Of a stretch of 64,000 bases of DNA, positions 32,637 to 42,340 are shown one piece after another. The stretch spans positions 117,836 to 181,835 of the forward strand of contig JBMFSH010000001.1 in NCBI GenBank assembly GCA_049967655.1. Reading direction: 5' to 3'. The translations under genes were made by a program, and so were the position numbers. The notes under the pieces were generated by a model. That model was not told the DNA's origin, ran no database searches, and saw only the letters and a list, made by a program, of their open reading frames with translations. This stretch comes from Acidobacteriota bacterium. GTDB lineage: Bacteria; Acidobacteriota; UBA4820; DSQY01. The first letter of the stretch is position 1. Every line of letters begins with the position of its first letter.

Positions 32637-33632
32637 ATGAAGCGAGTGGTGGCCCGGGCGGCCGCTCGGGTGGATCTGGCGGGAGGGAGCCTCGACCTCT
32701 GGCCCATTGGCGTCATGTTGCCCGGCGCCAGGACGCTCAACGTGGCGGTGGGATTGTACGCCACGGCCCAGTGCGAGCCCAACGGCCAGCCGGGAGTCCA
32801 CCTGATTTCACGGGATCTCCAGGCGGACTATATCTGGCGGCCCGGGGAAGCGCCGGGCCCCCTGGCGCTCGCCGAGCGCCTGTGCGAGGCCTACGGCGTG
32901 GTCCGCGGGTGGACCGTGGTGACTTCCAGCGAGATCCCCCACGGAAGCGGTCTGGGGGGCTCCTCGGCGCTCTCCGTGGCGCTGGCGCTGGCGCTCGGGA
33001 AGTCCGTGCACAGGCATCCGGGGGCGGGGAGAATGGTGGCGGAGTGCCGCGACCTGGAGGCGGCCCACCTCCGGATACCCACGGGAGTCCAGGACTTCTG
33101 GCCGGCCCTCATGGGTGGCGTGATACGCCTGCGCTATCCGGCCGGAGGAGCCCAGGCGGAGCGCCTTCCGGTCTCGCTCAAGGCCTTTGAAACCCGCATG
33201 GTGGTGGCCTTCAGTGGGCAGAGCCGCCTCTCCGCCCGGACCAACTGGGACCTCATGAAGCGGTTTCTCGACGGAGATGACAAGGTACGTCGCTGCTTGG
33301 CGGGAATTGCCCAGACGGCTGGACTCATGGAGGAGCAGCTGCTGGTGGGCAATTGGGATGCTGTGGGGCCCCTGATGTCCGAGGAGTGGGGGTTTCGCAA
33401 GGGCCTGGCGGAGGGCATCTCCACTCCCGTCATGGACATGGCCCTGGATGTGGCCGCATCCGCCGGCAGCTTGGGGGGGAAGGGCTGCGGCGCGGGCGGC
33501 GGGGGCTGCCTTGCATTTTGGACCCGGGAGGGCGCACATTTGGCCGTGGAGGAGGCGCTCCGGGACGGAGGGTTGCGGGTCTTGTCGGCCCGGCCCGTTG
33601 ACTGTGGCAGCTCCGTGGAGGTTGAGTCATGA
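32637..33632 (+). CDS. GHMP-family sugar kinase (HddA-like)
   Basis: RVDLAGG, PHGSGLGGSS, GVQD, CGAGGGG. Confidence 0.85.
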   Translation: MKRVVARAAARVDLAGGSLDLWPIGVMLPGARTLNVAVGLYATAQCEPNGQPGVHLISRDLQADYIWRPGEAPGPLALAERLCEAYGVVRGWTVVTSSEIPHGSGLGGSSALSVALALALGKSVHRHPGAGRMVAECRDLEAAHLRIPTGVQDFWPALMGGVIRLRYPAGGAQAERLPVSLKAFETRMVVAFSGQSRLSARTNWDLMKRFLDGDDKVRRCLAGIAQTAGLMEEQLLVGNWDAVGPLMSEEWGFRKGLAEGISTPVMDMALDVAASAGSLGGKGCGAGGGGCLAFWTREGAHLAVEEALRDGGLRVLSARPVDCGSSVEVES

Positions 33633-34174
33633 AACGCTTGCTGGCTGGGCTGGTGCTGGCCCTGGCGTTTGGTTTGGCGGCGGTACGCGCCCAGGAGGTG
33701 GTGGTCTTTCGGGACTACCGCTCCCTGGTGGTGCAAAGCCACTATGTCCAAGGCGAATGGACGTATTTCCGGGTCGGCAGCGGGGAGATGGCCGTCCTCA
33801 CGAAGGAGATCCTCCAGATCAGGAACGAGCTGGCCCAACCCGTCTCCACGGCGCAGGCCCCCTATTCGCCGCCCGTCAACCATTTCACCCCTCCTGCCGC
33901 GCGGCCACCGGTGGCCCGGCCCATGCCTCCCCGCATGAATTTTCCCGCTGCGGCCCAGGCGCCGGACTTCAACAAAGCTCCCGAAGAGACGGAACCGGAC
34001 GAGGAGGAGCCCGAATCGGCCTCCCCGGACGAGGAGGATGAGGAGGAGCCTCCGGTGGTTCAGCCTCCTGCCCCTGGAGTCCCGCACCCGGTCCCTGGAC
34101 GGCCCGGCTTTCCCATGATTGTTCCCCAGCCCGGACAATCGGTCCCTCGAGACGGTGCCTCCAACCTCCGCTGA
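33629..34174 (+). CDS. Exported Pro/acidic-rich hypothetical protein
   Basis: Signal peptide ending VRA; ATGA overlap; low-complexity tail. Confidence 0.65.
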   Translation: MKRLLAGLVLALAFGLAAVRAQEVVVFRDYRSLVVQSHYVQGEWTYFRVGSGEMAVLTKEILQIRNELAQPVSTAQAPYSPPVNHFTPPAARPPVARPMPPRMNFPAAAQAPDFNKAPEETEPDEEEPESASPDEEDEEEPPVVQPPAPGVPHPVPGRPGFPMIVPQPGQSVPRDGASNLR

Positions 34175-35027
34175 CCCGGGGGTAGTGCTCACGGTGGACG
34201 TGGAGGAGTGGTTCCACGCCCCCGAACACCCGCTGGGCAGGGATAGCGCCCAGTGGGACCGGTTGCCCCCCTCGCTGCCGTCGGCCATCGGCAGAACCTT
34301 GGATCTTCTTGAATCCATGCAGGTTCGGGCCACCTTCTTCACCTTGGGCTGGGTCGCCCAGAAGCATCCCGCCCTGGTCCGGCGGATCGCCGGGGCCGGC
34401 CACGAGATCGGGTGCCACGGCTGGGGTCACACTCCCCTGGACCGGTTGGAGCCGGATGCCTTTCGTCACGATCTGGACCGTAGCCGGACGGTCCTTCAGG
34501 ACCTGCTGGGTTTGGAGGTGTCCGCTTACAGGGCGCCGCGATGGTCCATGGGCCGAAGGCGCTGGCCCTATCCCATCCTTGCGGAGAAGGGATTCAAGAT
34601 CTCCTCGAGCCGCCTCTGCATAGCCGGTCTCGGTCTGGGGCAGAACCACCCGAAGCGCATCGAGGGGGTGCTCGAAATTCCGGCCCTCTCGGCGCGCTTT
34701 TTCGGGATGCCCCTCCCCGCCGGCGGGACCCTCGCTCTCCGAATCCTCCCTCTGGGCTGGCTGCTGCGAGTCCGTCATCGCCGCGCCGTCAGAGGGTGGC
34801 CGGCGGTCTACTGGTTTCACCCTTGGGAGGTGGATCCGCAGGCCCCCCGCCTGCAAGCGGGCGCCCTCCTCAGGGCCGTGAGGTACGGGGCTCTGAAGAG
34901 GCTGCCCGCACGCTTAACTGCGCTAGTGCCGACGGGTGATTGCACCCTCTCCAGGGCTGCAGACCGCTGGGCGGCGGCCCAGCAGACGCCTTTGTCACGA
35001 GAAGGTGTAGAAATAATAGGCAAATAA
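34155..35027 (+). CDS. Polysaccharide deacetylase (DUF3473-type)
   Basis: TVDVEEW, ATFF, GCHGWGH, YRAP, FHPWE; start uncertain (34119 or 34155). Confidence 0.85.
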   Translation: MPPTSADPGVVLTVDVEEWFHAPEHPLGRDSAQWDRLPPSLPSAIGRTLDLLESMQVRATFFTLGWVAQKHPALVRRIAGAGHEIGCHGWGHTPLDRLEPDAFRHDLDRSRTVLQDLLGLEVSAYRAPRWSMGRRRWPYPILAEKGFKISSSRLCIAGLGLGQNHPKRIEGVLEIPALSARFFGMPLPAGGTLALRILPLGWLLRVRHRRAVRGWPAVYWFHPWEVDPQAPRLQAGALLRAVRYGALKRLPARLTALVPTGDCTLSRAADRWAAAQQTPLSREGVEIIGK

Positions 35028-35183
35028 GCGTTATATGCACCACTCATGGGTGGGATTGCCCAGCGCCTCCTGTTCCCCTTCATCCGCGCCAATCCCTGGG
35101 GCGAGTTGGATCCTACACTAGCCTCCTGGACCGAATCGGTCCTTTCCCGCGGACCGGTGGAATGAGGAAGGGAGGCACCCGGG

Positions 35184-37301
35184 GTGAGTCAGGATCGGCA
35201 TGGATCGGGACCGGGGCTCCCCCGGTTCCGCCGCCAGTTCGTCCCCACACCCCTCAGTGCGCGGCGATTGGGCTTGGCCCCTCTGGTTGTTGCGGGGCTG
35301 CTCCGGATGGCGTTGGGTGCGGCGGTTCCCGCCCGCGCGGCGGTTCCCGATGCGGATTGCCTGGCCTGCCATTCGGAGGTTTCCATGGCGGCCCAGAGCC
35401 CTGGTGATCCCCGGCTCCTGCATCTGGGGCCGGTGGGCCGCGAGAAGCTCACCCTGCAAGTAACAAACAAGAGCCTCGCGGGCTCGGTGCACGCGGGCTT
35501 GGCCTGCACGGACTGCCATCAGGGCATCACCGAGATCCCACACGCGGAGAAACTGCCGTTGGTGGACTGTGGCGGGTGCCACGCCGATCAGGCGGAAGCG
35601 GTGAGCGAGGGTATCCATGCCGCGAAGAAGGATGGACCCCACTACACGCCCCAGTGCTGGAACTGTCACGGAGCGCATCAGATCAGGCCGAAGACCGATC
35701 CCGCCTCCCCCGTCTACCCGGTGAACGTTCCTGGGACCTGTGGCGCCTGCCACGGCGACGCCAAGCTCATGGCGGCTGCGGGCGTGGTGATCACCGATCC
35801 GCTGAAGAACTACATGAAGAGCGATCATTGGCGGATGTTGAGCTCGGGCAAGACGCTCGTGGCGGCCACCTGCGCCGACTGCCACGGCGCACACAAAATC
35901 CTGCCCTCCACGAACCCCAAATCGCCCATATACAAGCTGAACGTCCCCAAGACCTGCGGGAAGTGCCACTCGGGTATTGAGGCCAGGTACGCGCGCAGCG
36001 TCCACGGCAAAGCCCTCGAGGAGGGCAACCTCGAGGCACCCTCCTGCAACAACTGCCACGGAGAGCACGACATCGAGGGCCCCAAGAGGCCGACGAGCAC
36101 CGTCTATCCGCCCACGGTCGCTCAGACCACCTGTCCACAGTGCCACGCGTCGGTGCGTCTGTCCGAGCGCTTCAATCTGCCGACTGGTATGGTCCAATCG
36201 TACAAGGCCTCTTTTCACGGGCTGGCGTCGAGCTACGGGCAAACCGACGTGGCGAACTGCGCTTCTTGCCATGGCGCACATGAAATTCTCCCGGCGAGTG
36301 ATCCCGCCTCTTCGGTCAATCCGGCCAACTTGCAGAAGACCTGCGGGAAATGCCATCCGGCCGCCACGAAGGCCTTCGCCAGCATCAACATCCACAGCCA
36401 GATTTCGCCCGCTTCCTCTCCCGTCCTTTTCTGGATCCAGTCGCTGTACCTCTGGCTCATCGCGCTGGTGGTGGGAGGCCTTGCGCTGCATCAACTGATG
36501 GACTATCTCAGGCGCTACCGGGTGACCATCGAAATGCTGAATCCCGAGGCCGTCTACAGGAGAATGACGGGGGGCGAGAGGCTGCAGCACTTCCTGCTCC
36601 TCAGCTCCTTCTTCACTCTGGTGGTCACGGGCTTCGCCCTCAAGTATCCGGATTCGCTGTGGTCCATTCCCTTCAAGTGGGTATCGGTGGGCTTCGACAT
36701 CCGGGGCTGGCTCCACCGCGCCGCGGCCTTGGTCATGATCGGCGATGCCCTCTACCACCTCGTCTACGTGGTCAGTACGAAGCGCGGCCGGGCGTTCGTC
36801 CGGGACATCATGCCGGCGGCCTCGGACGTGAGGGAATTCTTCCAGCAGATCGGCTACTACTTGGGTATAAGATCTCGCGAAGCCGATTTCGGACGCTTCT
36901 CCTACGCTGAAAAGGTGGAGTACCTGGCGCTGGTCTGGGGCACCGCCGTCATGGTCGCCACGGGATTCGTATTGTGGTTCAAGGAATTCTTCACGGCCTA
37001 CCTTCCCGAATGGGGCTACAAGGCCGCGGAGATGATCCACTTCTACGAGGCCGTTCTCGCCTTCATGACGATCATCATCTGGCACCTTTACGCGGTCTTC
37101 GTGCATACTGACAGCCCCCCCTTCAACCCGACGTGGCTAACCGGTCGGATGACGCGGAGGATGCTCGAGCATCATCATCCTAGGGCCTTGAAACAAATCA
37201 TGGCGGAGAAGGAACAGGCGAATGCCGAAAAACGGGAGCCGGAAACGGTAGGTGTGCCTGATCCCGACGGGCTGGACTCGGCGCGCGATAAGAGGCCATA
37301 A
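35184..37301 (+). CDS. Multiheme cytochrome c (11 CxxCH) fused to cytochrome b domain, CbcL-like
   Basis: 11 CxxCH motifs counted; C-terminal TM domain with His ligand candidates and RFSYAEKVEY. Confidence 0.88.
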   Translation: MSQDRHGSGPGLPRFRRQFVPTPLSARRLGLAPLVVAGLLRMALGAAVPARAAVPDADCLACHSEVSMAAQSPGDPRLLHLGPVGREKLTLQVTNKSLAGSVHAGLACTDCHQGITEIPHAEKLPLVDCGGCHADQAEAVSEGIHAAKKDGPHYTPQCWNCHGAHQIRPKTDPASPVYPVNVPGTCGACHGDAKLMAAAGVVITDPLKNYMKSDHWRMLSSGKTLVAATCADCHGAHKILPSTNPKSPIYKLNVPKTCGKCHSGIEARYARSVHGKALEEGNLEAPSCNNCHGEHDIEGPKRPTSTVYPPTVAQTTCPQCHASVRLSERFNLPTGMVQSYKASFHGLASSYGQTDVANCASCHGAHEILPASDPASSVNPANLQKTCGKCHPAATKAFASINIHSQISPASSPVLFWIQSLYLWLIALVVGGLALHQLMDYLRRYRVTIEMLNPEAVYRRMTGGERLQHFLLLSSFFTLVVTGFALKYPDSLWSIPFKWVSVGFDIRGWLHRAAALVMIGDALYHLVYVVSTKRGRAFVRDIMPAASDVREFFQQIGYYLGIRSREADFGRFSYAEKVEYLALVWGTAVMVATGFVLWFKEFFTAYLPEWGYKAAEMIHFYEAVLAFMTIIIWHLYAVFVHTDSPPFNPTWLTGRMTRRMLEHHHPRALKQIMAEKEQANAEKREPETVGVPDPDGLDSARDKRP

Positions 37302-37325
37302 TGCAGCCCTGAGGAGACTCGGGGC

Positions 37326-38017
37326 ATGAGCAAGAGCGCCTGGCGGAGATGGAAGCAGAACCTCATACTGGCGTTAGGGCCGCTCCCGCTCGCGCTTGCC
37401 CTCAAGGCGCTTCACGCCACCCTGCGGATCACGATCGTGGGACGCGAAGAGTTGGAGAGCCATAAGAAGCGGGGCGGCCAGTACATCATGGCCTTCTGGC
37501 ACGGCACCCTTCTGCTCATGGTCTTTGCCTACGTGGGGCGGAGGCTGACCTTCCTGGTCTCCTGGCACCGGGACGGAGAGCTGGTCACCCGCGTCATGAA
37601 GCACTTCGGCATGAACCCGACCCGCGGATCCTCCACCCGCGGGGGAATGCGCGCCCTCCACTCCCTGTTGAAGAAGGTGAAAGAGGGCTACGACGTGGCC
37701 TTTACCCCGGACGGCCCGAGGGGCCCCGCCAGGGTGGCGCAGATCGGGGTGATCCAGACCGCCAGGCTGTCGGGGTTGCCCATCGTCCCGATCGGCGTGG
37801 CTGCCCGTAAAAAAAAACGCTTCGCTCCTGGGATGAGTTCATGATTCCCTTTCCTTTTACGCGAGTGGCCATCGCCTATGGAGAGGCCATCTCGGTCCCG
37901 CGGGAGATCAGCCCGGAGGAGGCCGAAGCCCTCCGGTGCCGGGTGGAGGAAGGCCTGATCGCCGCAAACCGCGCGGCCGAAGAGAGCCTGCAAGGAGCCG
38001 CTCCATGGAGAGCATGA
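37326..38017 (+). CDS. DUF374 lysophospholipid acyltransferase-family protein, split by a -1 frameshift at A9 (37809-37817)
   Basis: AFWHG, SWHRDG, RGSS, TPDGPRGP in frame 0 (stop 37844); SWDEFMIPFPF..YGEAI in the -1 frame to TGA 38017. Confidence 0.85.
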
Positions 38018-38877
38018 CCGGCTATGGCAGGCACCAGGCCGAGGCCGACGGGTTGAGGCTCCTCGTTGAGATTCGCGGCGTCAACAACAAGGGGCTGGAC
38101 GTCCACCTCAGCCTCCCGGCCGCCCTGCTGTGCCACGAGATGGCCGTCCGCCAAAGGATCCGGTCCGCCGTAACCCGGGGCCGGGTGGAGGGAAGGGTCT
38201 CCCTCGAGTTCCTGGGCGAGCAGGCCGTCGAGGTGCACTATTCACAAGGCGTGGCCCAGGCCCTCGGCCACCTGGCATCCCGACTGCAGGACGAGGGCGT
38301 CCTGGCCAGGGGCATGACGCTCGGCGATTTCCTGGTCCTCCCGGACGCCGTCTCGGTGCGCCTCCGCCCCGACGCGGAAGCGCGGGCCGGAGAGCTGCTT
38401 CTCACCTGCGTGGAGAAAGCCCTCGAGCGCTTTCTTCAGACCCGCCGCGAGGAGGGCAGGCGCCTGGAGGAGCAGTTCCGGCAGGCGTCCGGCCACATGA
38501 AGGCCCACCTGGATGCCCTCGGGCCCATGCAGCTCCTCCAGGTGGAGACCGTTCGGGAGAGGCTGAATCAGAAGCTCCAGCAGGTCGCCATCTCCGTGGA
38601 CGCCACGAGGGTGGAGCAGGAGGTGGTTTTAGCGGCGGAAAAGGCCGACGTGGAGGAGGAGGTAGTCAGGTTGAAGGCACACCACCGGGCCATGGAGGAG
38701 CTGCTGGAGAAGAATCCGGGAGACCTCGGGCGCCGGCTGGACCACCTCTTCCAAGAGATGTACAGGGAGATCTCCACGCTCCTGGCCAAAGCCACCTTCT
38801 TCGATCTGACCCAGGTCGCCCTGCGGCTGCGCCTGCTGGTCGAACAACTCCGCGAACAGGCCCAGAATGTCGCGTGA
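38005..38877 (+). CDS. yicC: YicC/YloC family endoribonuclease
   Basis: SMTGYG, RGRVE, DVEEE..RL, GRRLD..QE..RE, EQLREQAQNV. Confidence 0.9.
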   Translation: MESMTGYGRHQAEADGLRLLVEIRGVNNKGLDVHLSLPAALLCHEMAVRQRIRSAVTRGRVEGRVSLEFLGEQAVEVHYSQGVAQALGHLASRLQDEGVLARGMTLGDFLVLPDAVSVRLRPDAEARAGELLLTCVEKALERFLQTRREEGRRLEEQFRQASGHMKAHLDALGPMQLLQVETVRERLNQKLQQVAISVDATRVEQEVVLAAEKADVEEEVVRLKAHHRAMEELLEKNPGDLGRRLDHLFQEMYREISTLLAKATFFDLTQVALRLRLLVEQLREQAQNVA

Positions 38878-39523
38878 TCAGTCCTCCGGCCTCCTGCTCG
38901 TGCTCTCAGCCCCCACCGGCGGCGGCAAGACGACCATCGCCCGAAGGCTCGCAGCGCAGGATCCCCTGCTGCGCTTTTCGGTCTCCCATACCACCCGGAG
39001 TGCACGGCCCGGCGAGAGGGACGGCGTGGATTATCACTTCGTGGACGGAGACACCTTTCGGGAGATGGCCGCGAGAGGTGAGTTCCTGGAATGGGCCAGG
39101 GTGCACGACCACGAATACGGCACCCACCGTTCGGAGTGGGAGAAGGCCAAGGCCGAGGGCCGGGACCTCATCCTGGACATCGACGTGCAGGGGGGGCTCC
39201 AGGTGAAAAAGGCCGAACCGGGTGGTATCCTGGTATTTATTTTGCCCCCCTCTCTCCCGGTGCTGCTGGACCGCCTGGGGCGAAGAGCCGGGGAACAGGG
39301 GTTTGATTTGAGGCGCCGGCTGGAGACCGCCCTGGTCGAGCTTGAACTCGCTGGTTCTTATGACTATAATGTTATCAATGAGGATCTGGATGGGGCGGTG
39401 GATGCCGTTGAGGCTATCGTGGCTTCCGCCCGTCTGCGCCCTCGCGCCTACGCGGCAAAGGTGGACGAACTCCGACGAGAGATCACGCATTGGTTGAGGA
39501 GCACGAATGTTCATAGTGGATGA
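38867..39523 (+). CDS. gmk: Guanylate kinase
   Basis: SAPTGGGKTT, SHTTR, DGVDYHFV, DIDVQG, FILPPS. Confidence 0.96.
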   Translation: MSRDQSSGLLLVLSAPTGGGKTTIARRLAAQDPLLRFSVSHTTRSARPGERDGVDYHFVDGDTFREMAARGEFLEWARVHDHEYGTHRSEWEKAKAEGRDLILDIDVQGGLQVKKAEPGGILVFILPPSLPVLLDRLGRRAGEQGFDLRRRLETALVELELAGSYDYNVINEDLDGAVDAVEAIVASARLRPRAYAAKVDELRREITHWLRSTNVHSG

Positions 39524-39743
39524 AAAGATCGGCAGCAAGTACAGGTTTGTGTTAATCTGTGCCCAGCGCACTAAGCAGTTGCTCGAAGGGGCCCAGACCA
39601 GGGTCGAAAGCCCTTTTCGCAAGCCGGCCTACGTGGCCATGCAGGAGGTTCTCGCAGGGAAAATCGATTGGAAGGTGAACGAGACCACGCCGCCGGCGCT
39701 TCCCGACAGCGGCGAAGTGTTGCAAGTCGAAGTGGGACCCTGA
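39507..39743 (+). CDS. rpoZ: RNA polymerase omega subunit
   Basis: SKYRFVLICAQR, KP..VAMQE; follows gmk. Confidence 0.9.
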   Translation: MFIVDEKIGSKYRFVLICAQRTKQLLEGAQTRVESPFRKPAYVAMQEVLAGKIDWKVNETTPPALPDSGEVLQVEVGP

Positions 39744-39793
39744 ACCGTCCGAACAAACCAAATCTCGCCTTGTTTAAGAAAGGGGGAAAAGGA

Positions 39794-40846
39794 ATGAAGA
39801 CAGCGGTCAAGCTGGCAACGGTCGGAGTAATGGTGGTCCTTACGGCGGCGTGCTGCCGAAAGGCGCCGAAGGAGGTGGGGGACGCCACGGCGGCCCTCAA
39901 CGAAGCACAGAAGACCTGCACTCCTACCTACGCGGCCACTACCTTCCAAGATGCTCAATCCATGCTTAACAAGGCCAATGACCTGGTGGCCAACAAGAAG
40001 TGCCGGGACGCCAAGAAGGAGGCCCTGGCCGCTAGCGAAAAGATCAAGGAAGCTACTACGGAGGCCACTGCCGAACAGGCCAGGGCCCAGAAGGACGCCG
40101 AGGCGGCCATCGCCGCCGCCAAAGACGCCCTGAATGCGGCCGAGCAGGCCATCGGTGCTCAGAACCAGCAGGCCTCGGCCACGAACCAGCACCTACAGGA
40201 GCTGAAGACCAAGGCCAGCCAGGCCTGCGCCCAGAACGAGGCGAACGAGATCACCTACAGCGTGGAGACCGCCCAGGTCTCTCCCGCGACCTACGATCAG
40301 GCCAAGGCCGCCTTCTCCGAGGCCGAGCGCTACATGGGCAACCCCTGCGATTACTACAAGGCCCGCGACGCCGCCAAGAACGCCATGGAGCTGGCCAACA
40401 AGGCCAAGAGCGAGGCCGATTCCGAGACGGCCAGCATCAAGGCGGAGGATGAGCGGAAGACCACCATGGTCCAGGACCTGATCGCCAAGTGCAAGCCGCT
40501 CCACTACGTGGTGGTGAAGGGCGACTGCCTCTGGAAGATCTCCGCGAAGAACGACATCTACGCCAACCCCTTCCTCTGGCCCCTCATCTGGGATGCGAAC
40601 CGGGGGCTCATCAAGGACCACCCGGACCTCATCTACCCGAAGTGGGACCTGAAGATCAACCGTGAGTACACCGACGCCGACGCCAAGAAGGCGGAGAAGA
40701 CGGCCCGCAACCACCACTGGGAGCCGCCGGCCCCGCCGGCCCCGAAGGCCCCTGAAAGCATGAAGACGCAGCCCGAGGAGGCTCCCGCTCCGGCCCCCGC
40801 GCCCGCACCGGCTCCGGCCCCCGCGCCAGCCCCCGAGACCAAGTAA
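39794..40846 (+). CDS. LysM-domain lipoprotein with helical N-terminus and (Ala-Pro)n tail
   Basis: LTAAC lipobox; YVVVKGDCLWKIS...WPLIWDAN...PDLIYP LysM. Confidence 0.85.
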   Translation: MKTAVKLATVGVMVVLTAACCRKAPKEVGDATAALNEAQKTCTPTYAATTFQDAQSMLNKANDLVANKKCRDAKKEALAASEKIKEATTEATAEQARAQKDAEAAIAAAKDALNAAEQAIGAQNQQASATNQHLQELKTKASQACAQNEANEITYSVETAQVSPATYDQAKAAFSEAERYMGNPCDYYKARDAAKNAMELANKAKSEADSETASIKAEDERKTTMVQDLIAKCKPLHYVVVKGDCLWKISAKNDIYANPFLWPLIWDANRGLIKDHPDLIYPKWDLKINREYTDADAKKAEKTARNHHWEPPAPPAPKAPESMKTQPEEAPAPAPAPAPAPAPAPAPETK

Positions 40847-40941
40847 CTCACCCAGGGAGGCGGAGGGATTTCCCTCCGCCTCCCCTTTCCCCGCGCCGGC
40901 GATCCGGCGGAGCCGCCTCGGACCGTGCCCTCCTCTCGCAG

Positions 40942-41922
40942 ATGCAGATGCCTGAAGATCCGATCCTGACCGCCGCGACGCACTCCCTCACCTACCCCGA
41001 CGAATTTCTCCAGCAGATGCTGGGCGTGGAGCTTCGCAACGCCGAGTTCCTCGAACAGACCCTCGGCGTGCGCCTCTCCGCTCGGGGGGATTCGCTCTTC
41101 CTCGACGGTGATGAGGAGGCCGTGGCCGCCTGCCGGGACATCGTGGACCAGATCCTCAAGCTCTACCAGGCGGGCATCCGCATCGGTGCCGGGGACCTCA
41201 GGACCGCCTGCACACTGAGGGCGGAGGGCTACCGGGGCGAACTCCTGGAGTTCTACCGCGAGGCACGCATCCAGTGCGCGCACGGCCGCGTCGTCTTTCC
41301 CAAGGGCCTCAACCAGGGCCGCTACCTCCGCGCCATCCGGGAGAACGACGTGGTTTTCGGCATCGGCCCGGCGGGCACCGGCAAGACCTACCTCGCCGTG
41401 GCCATGGCCGTGGCGGCGCTCAAGGAGAAGCGGGTCAAGCGCATCATCCTGACCAGGCCGGCGGTGGAGGTGGGTGAGAAGCTTGGGTTTCTTCCCGGGG
41501 ACATCGCGGAAAAGGTGAACCCCTACCTCAGACCCCTCTACGACGCCCTCTTCGATCTCATGGAGGCGGACCGGGTCTACAAATCCCTTGAAACGGGGAT
41601 CCTGGAGATCGCGCCCATCGCCTTCATGCGGGGCCGGACCCTGAACGACTCCTTCATCATCCTGGACGAAGCCCAGAACACGACCATAGACCAGATGAAG
41701 ATGTTCCTCACGCGCCTCGGATTCAACTCCAAGACCGTCATCACGGGCGACGTGACCCAGATCGACATCGATCCGGCGCGGAAATCGGGCCTTGTGGATG
41801 CGGCGGAGGTCCTCCGCTCGGTCCAGGGGCTGGCGTTCGTCACCTTCACGGAGCGGGACGTGGTGCGCCATCCGCTCGTGCAGGAGATCATCCGCGCCTA
41901 CGACCGAGCCTCCGGCCGGTGA
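40942..41922 (+). CDS. phoH: PhoH/YbeZ family ATPase
   Basis: [39 protein letters not shown]. Confidence 0.95.
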   Translation: MQMPEDPILTAATHSLTYPDEFLQQMLGVELRNAEFLEQTLGVRLSARGDSLFLDGDEEAVAACRDIVDQILKLYQAGIRIGAGDLRTACTLRAEGYRGELLEFYREARIQCAHGRVVFPKGLNQGRYLRAIRENDVVFGIGPAGTGKTYLAVAMAVAALKEKRVKRIILTRPAVEVGEKLGFLPGDIAEKVNPYLRPLYDALFDLMEADRVYKSLETGILEIAPIAFMRGRTLNDSFIILDEAQNTTIDQMKMFLTRLGFNSKTVITGDVTQIDIDPARKSGLVDAAEVLRSVQGLAFVTFTERDVVRHPLVQEIIRAYDRASGR

Positions 41923-41988
41923 TGCGGGCGGGAATTCGAGGGTGGGGCGACCGTCTAGGCCTCCTCTCCGCCGCCTGCGGCCCCAATC

Positions 41989-42262
41989 CCGCGATGGAGG
42001 AGGGGAATAGCCGTGGAAGGCGCGACAGGTCACGCACGGCGGGAAAGGGTGTCACACCCACTGAGGGATTGGGGGCCATCGAGCCGAAGGCGAAGAGGGC
42101 GCCAAGGGAGAGGTGGGGCGAGGCCCCGCAGGGCAATCTCCCGAACCGTCGGGCTTGGCTCGCGGTTCGGGGGGCAAGGGAATGGCCCTCCCCGTCCAGG
42201 AGATAATGCCTTTCTCCCGTGAACCCGAGCCGTAGCCGGAGGTACCCGCGTTTCCATCGCGG
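41989..42262. mobile_element. Structured dispersed repeat with terminal inverted repeats (MITE-like), copy 1
   Basis: CCGCGATGGA...TCCATCGCGG termini; several internal hairpins; second copy at 63932-64000. Confidence 0.7.
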
Positions 42263-42305
42263 AGTTTGCGTCCAGCGGGCCCTTTGCCCCCCCTCCCGCC
42301 GCGTG

Positions 42306-42314
42306 TGCTAAAAT
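42306..42314 (+). promoter_or_regulatory. Extended -10 element upstream of the HD gene
   Basis: TG-C-TAAAAT, 26 bp before ATG 42341. Confidence 0.45.
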
Positions 42315-42340
42315 CACCCCATGAGGGATAGCGACCCATC

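Noticed and set aside
41989..42262. Cobalamin or lysine riboswitch, RNase P or tmRNA identity for the structured element
   Set aside because: Only scattered short resemblances (CCACTG, CCAGGAGA); the core consensus motifs are not in order, and a second inverted copy argues for a repeat
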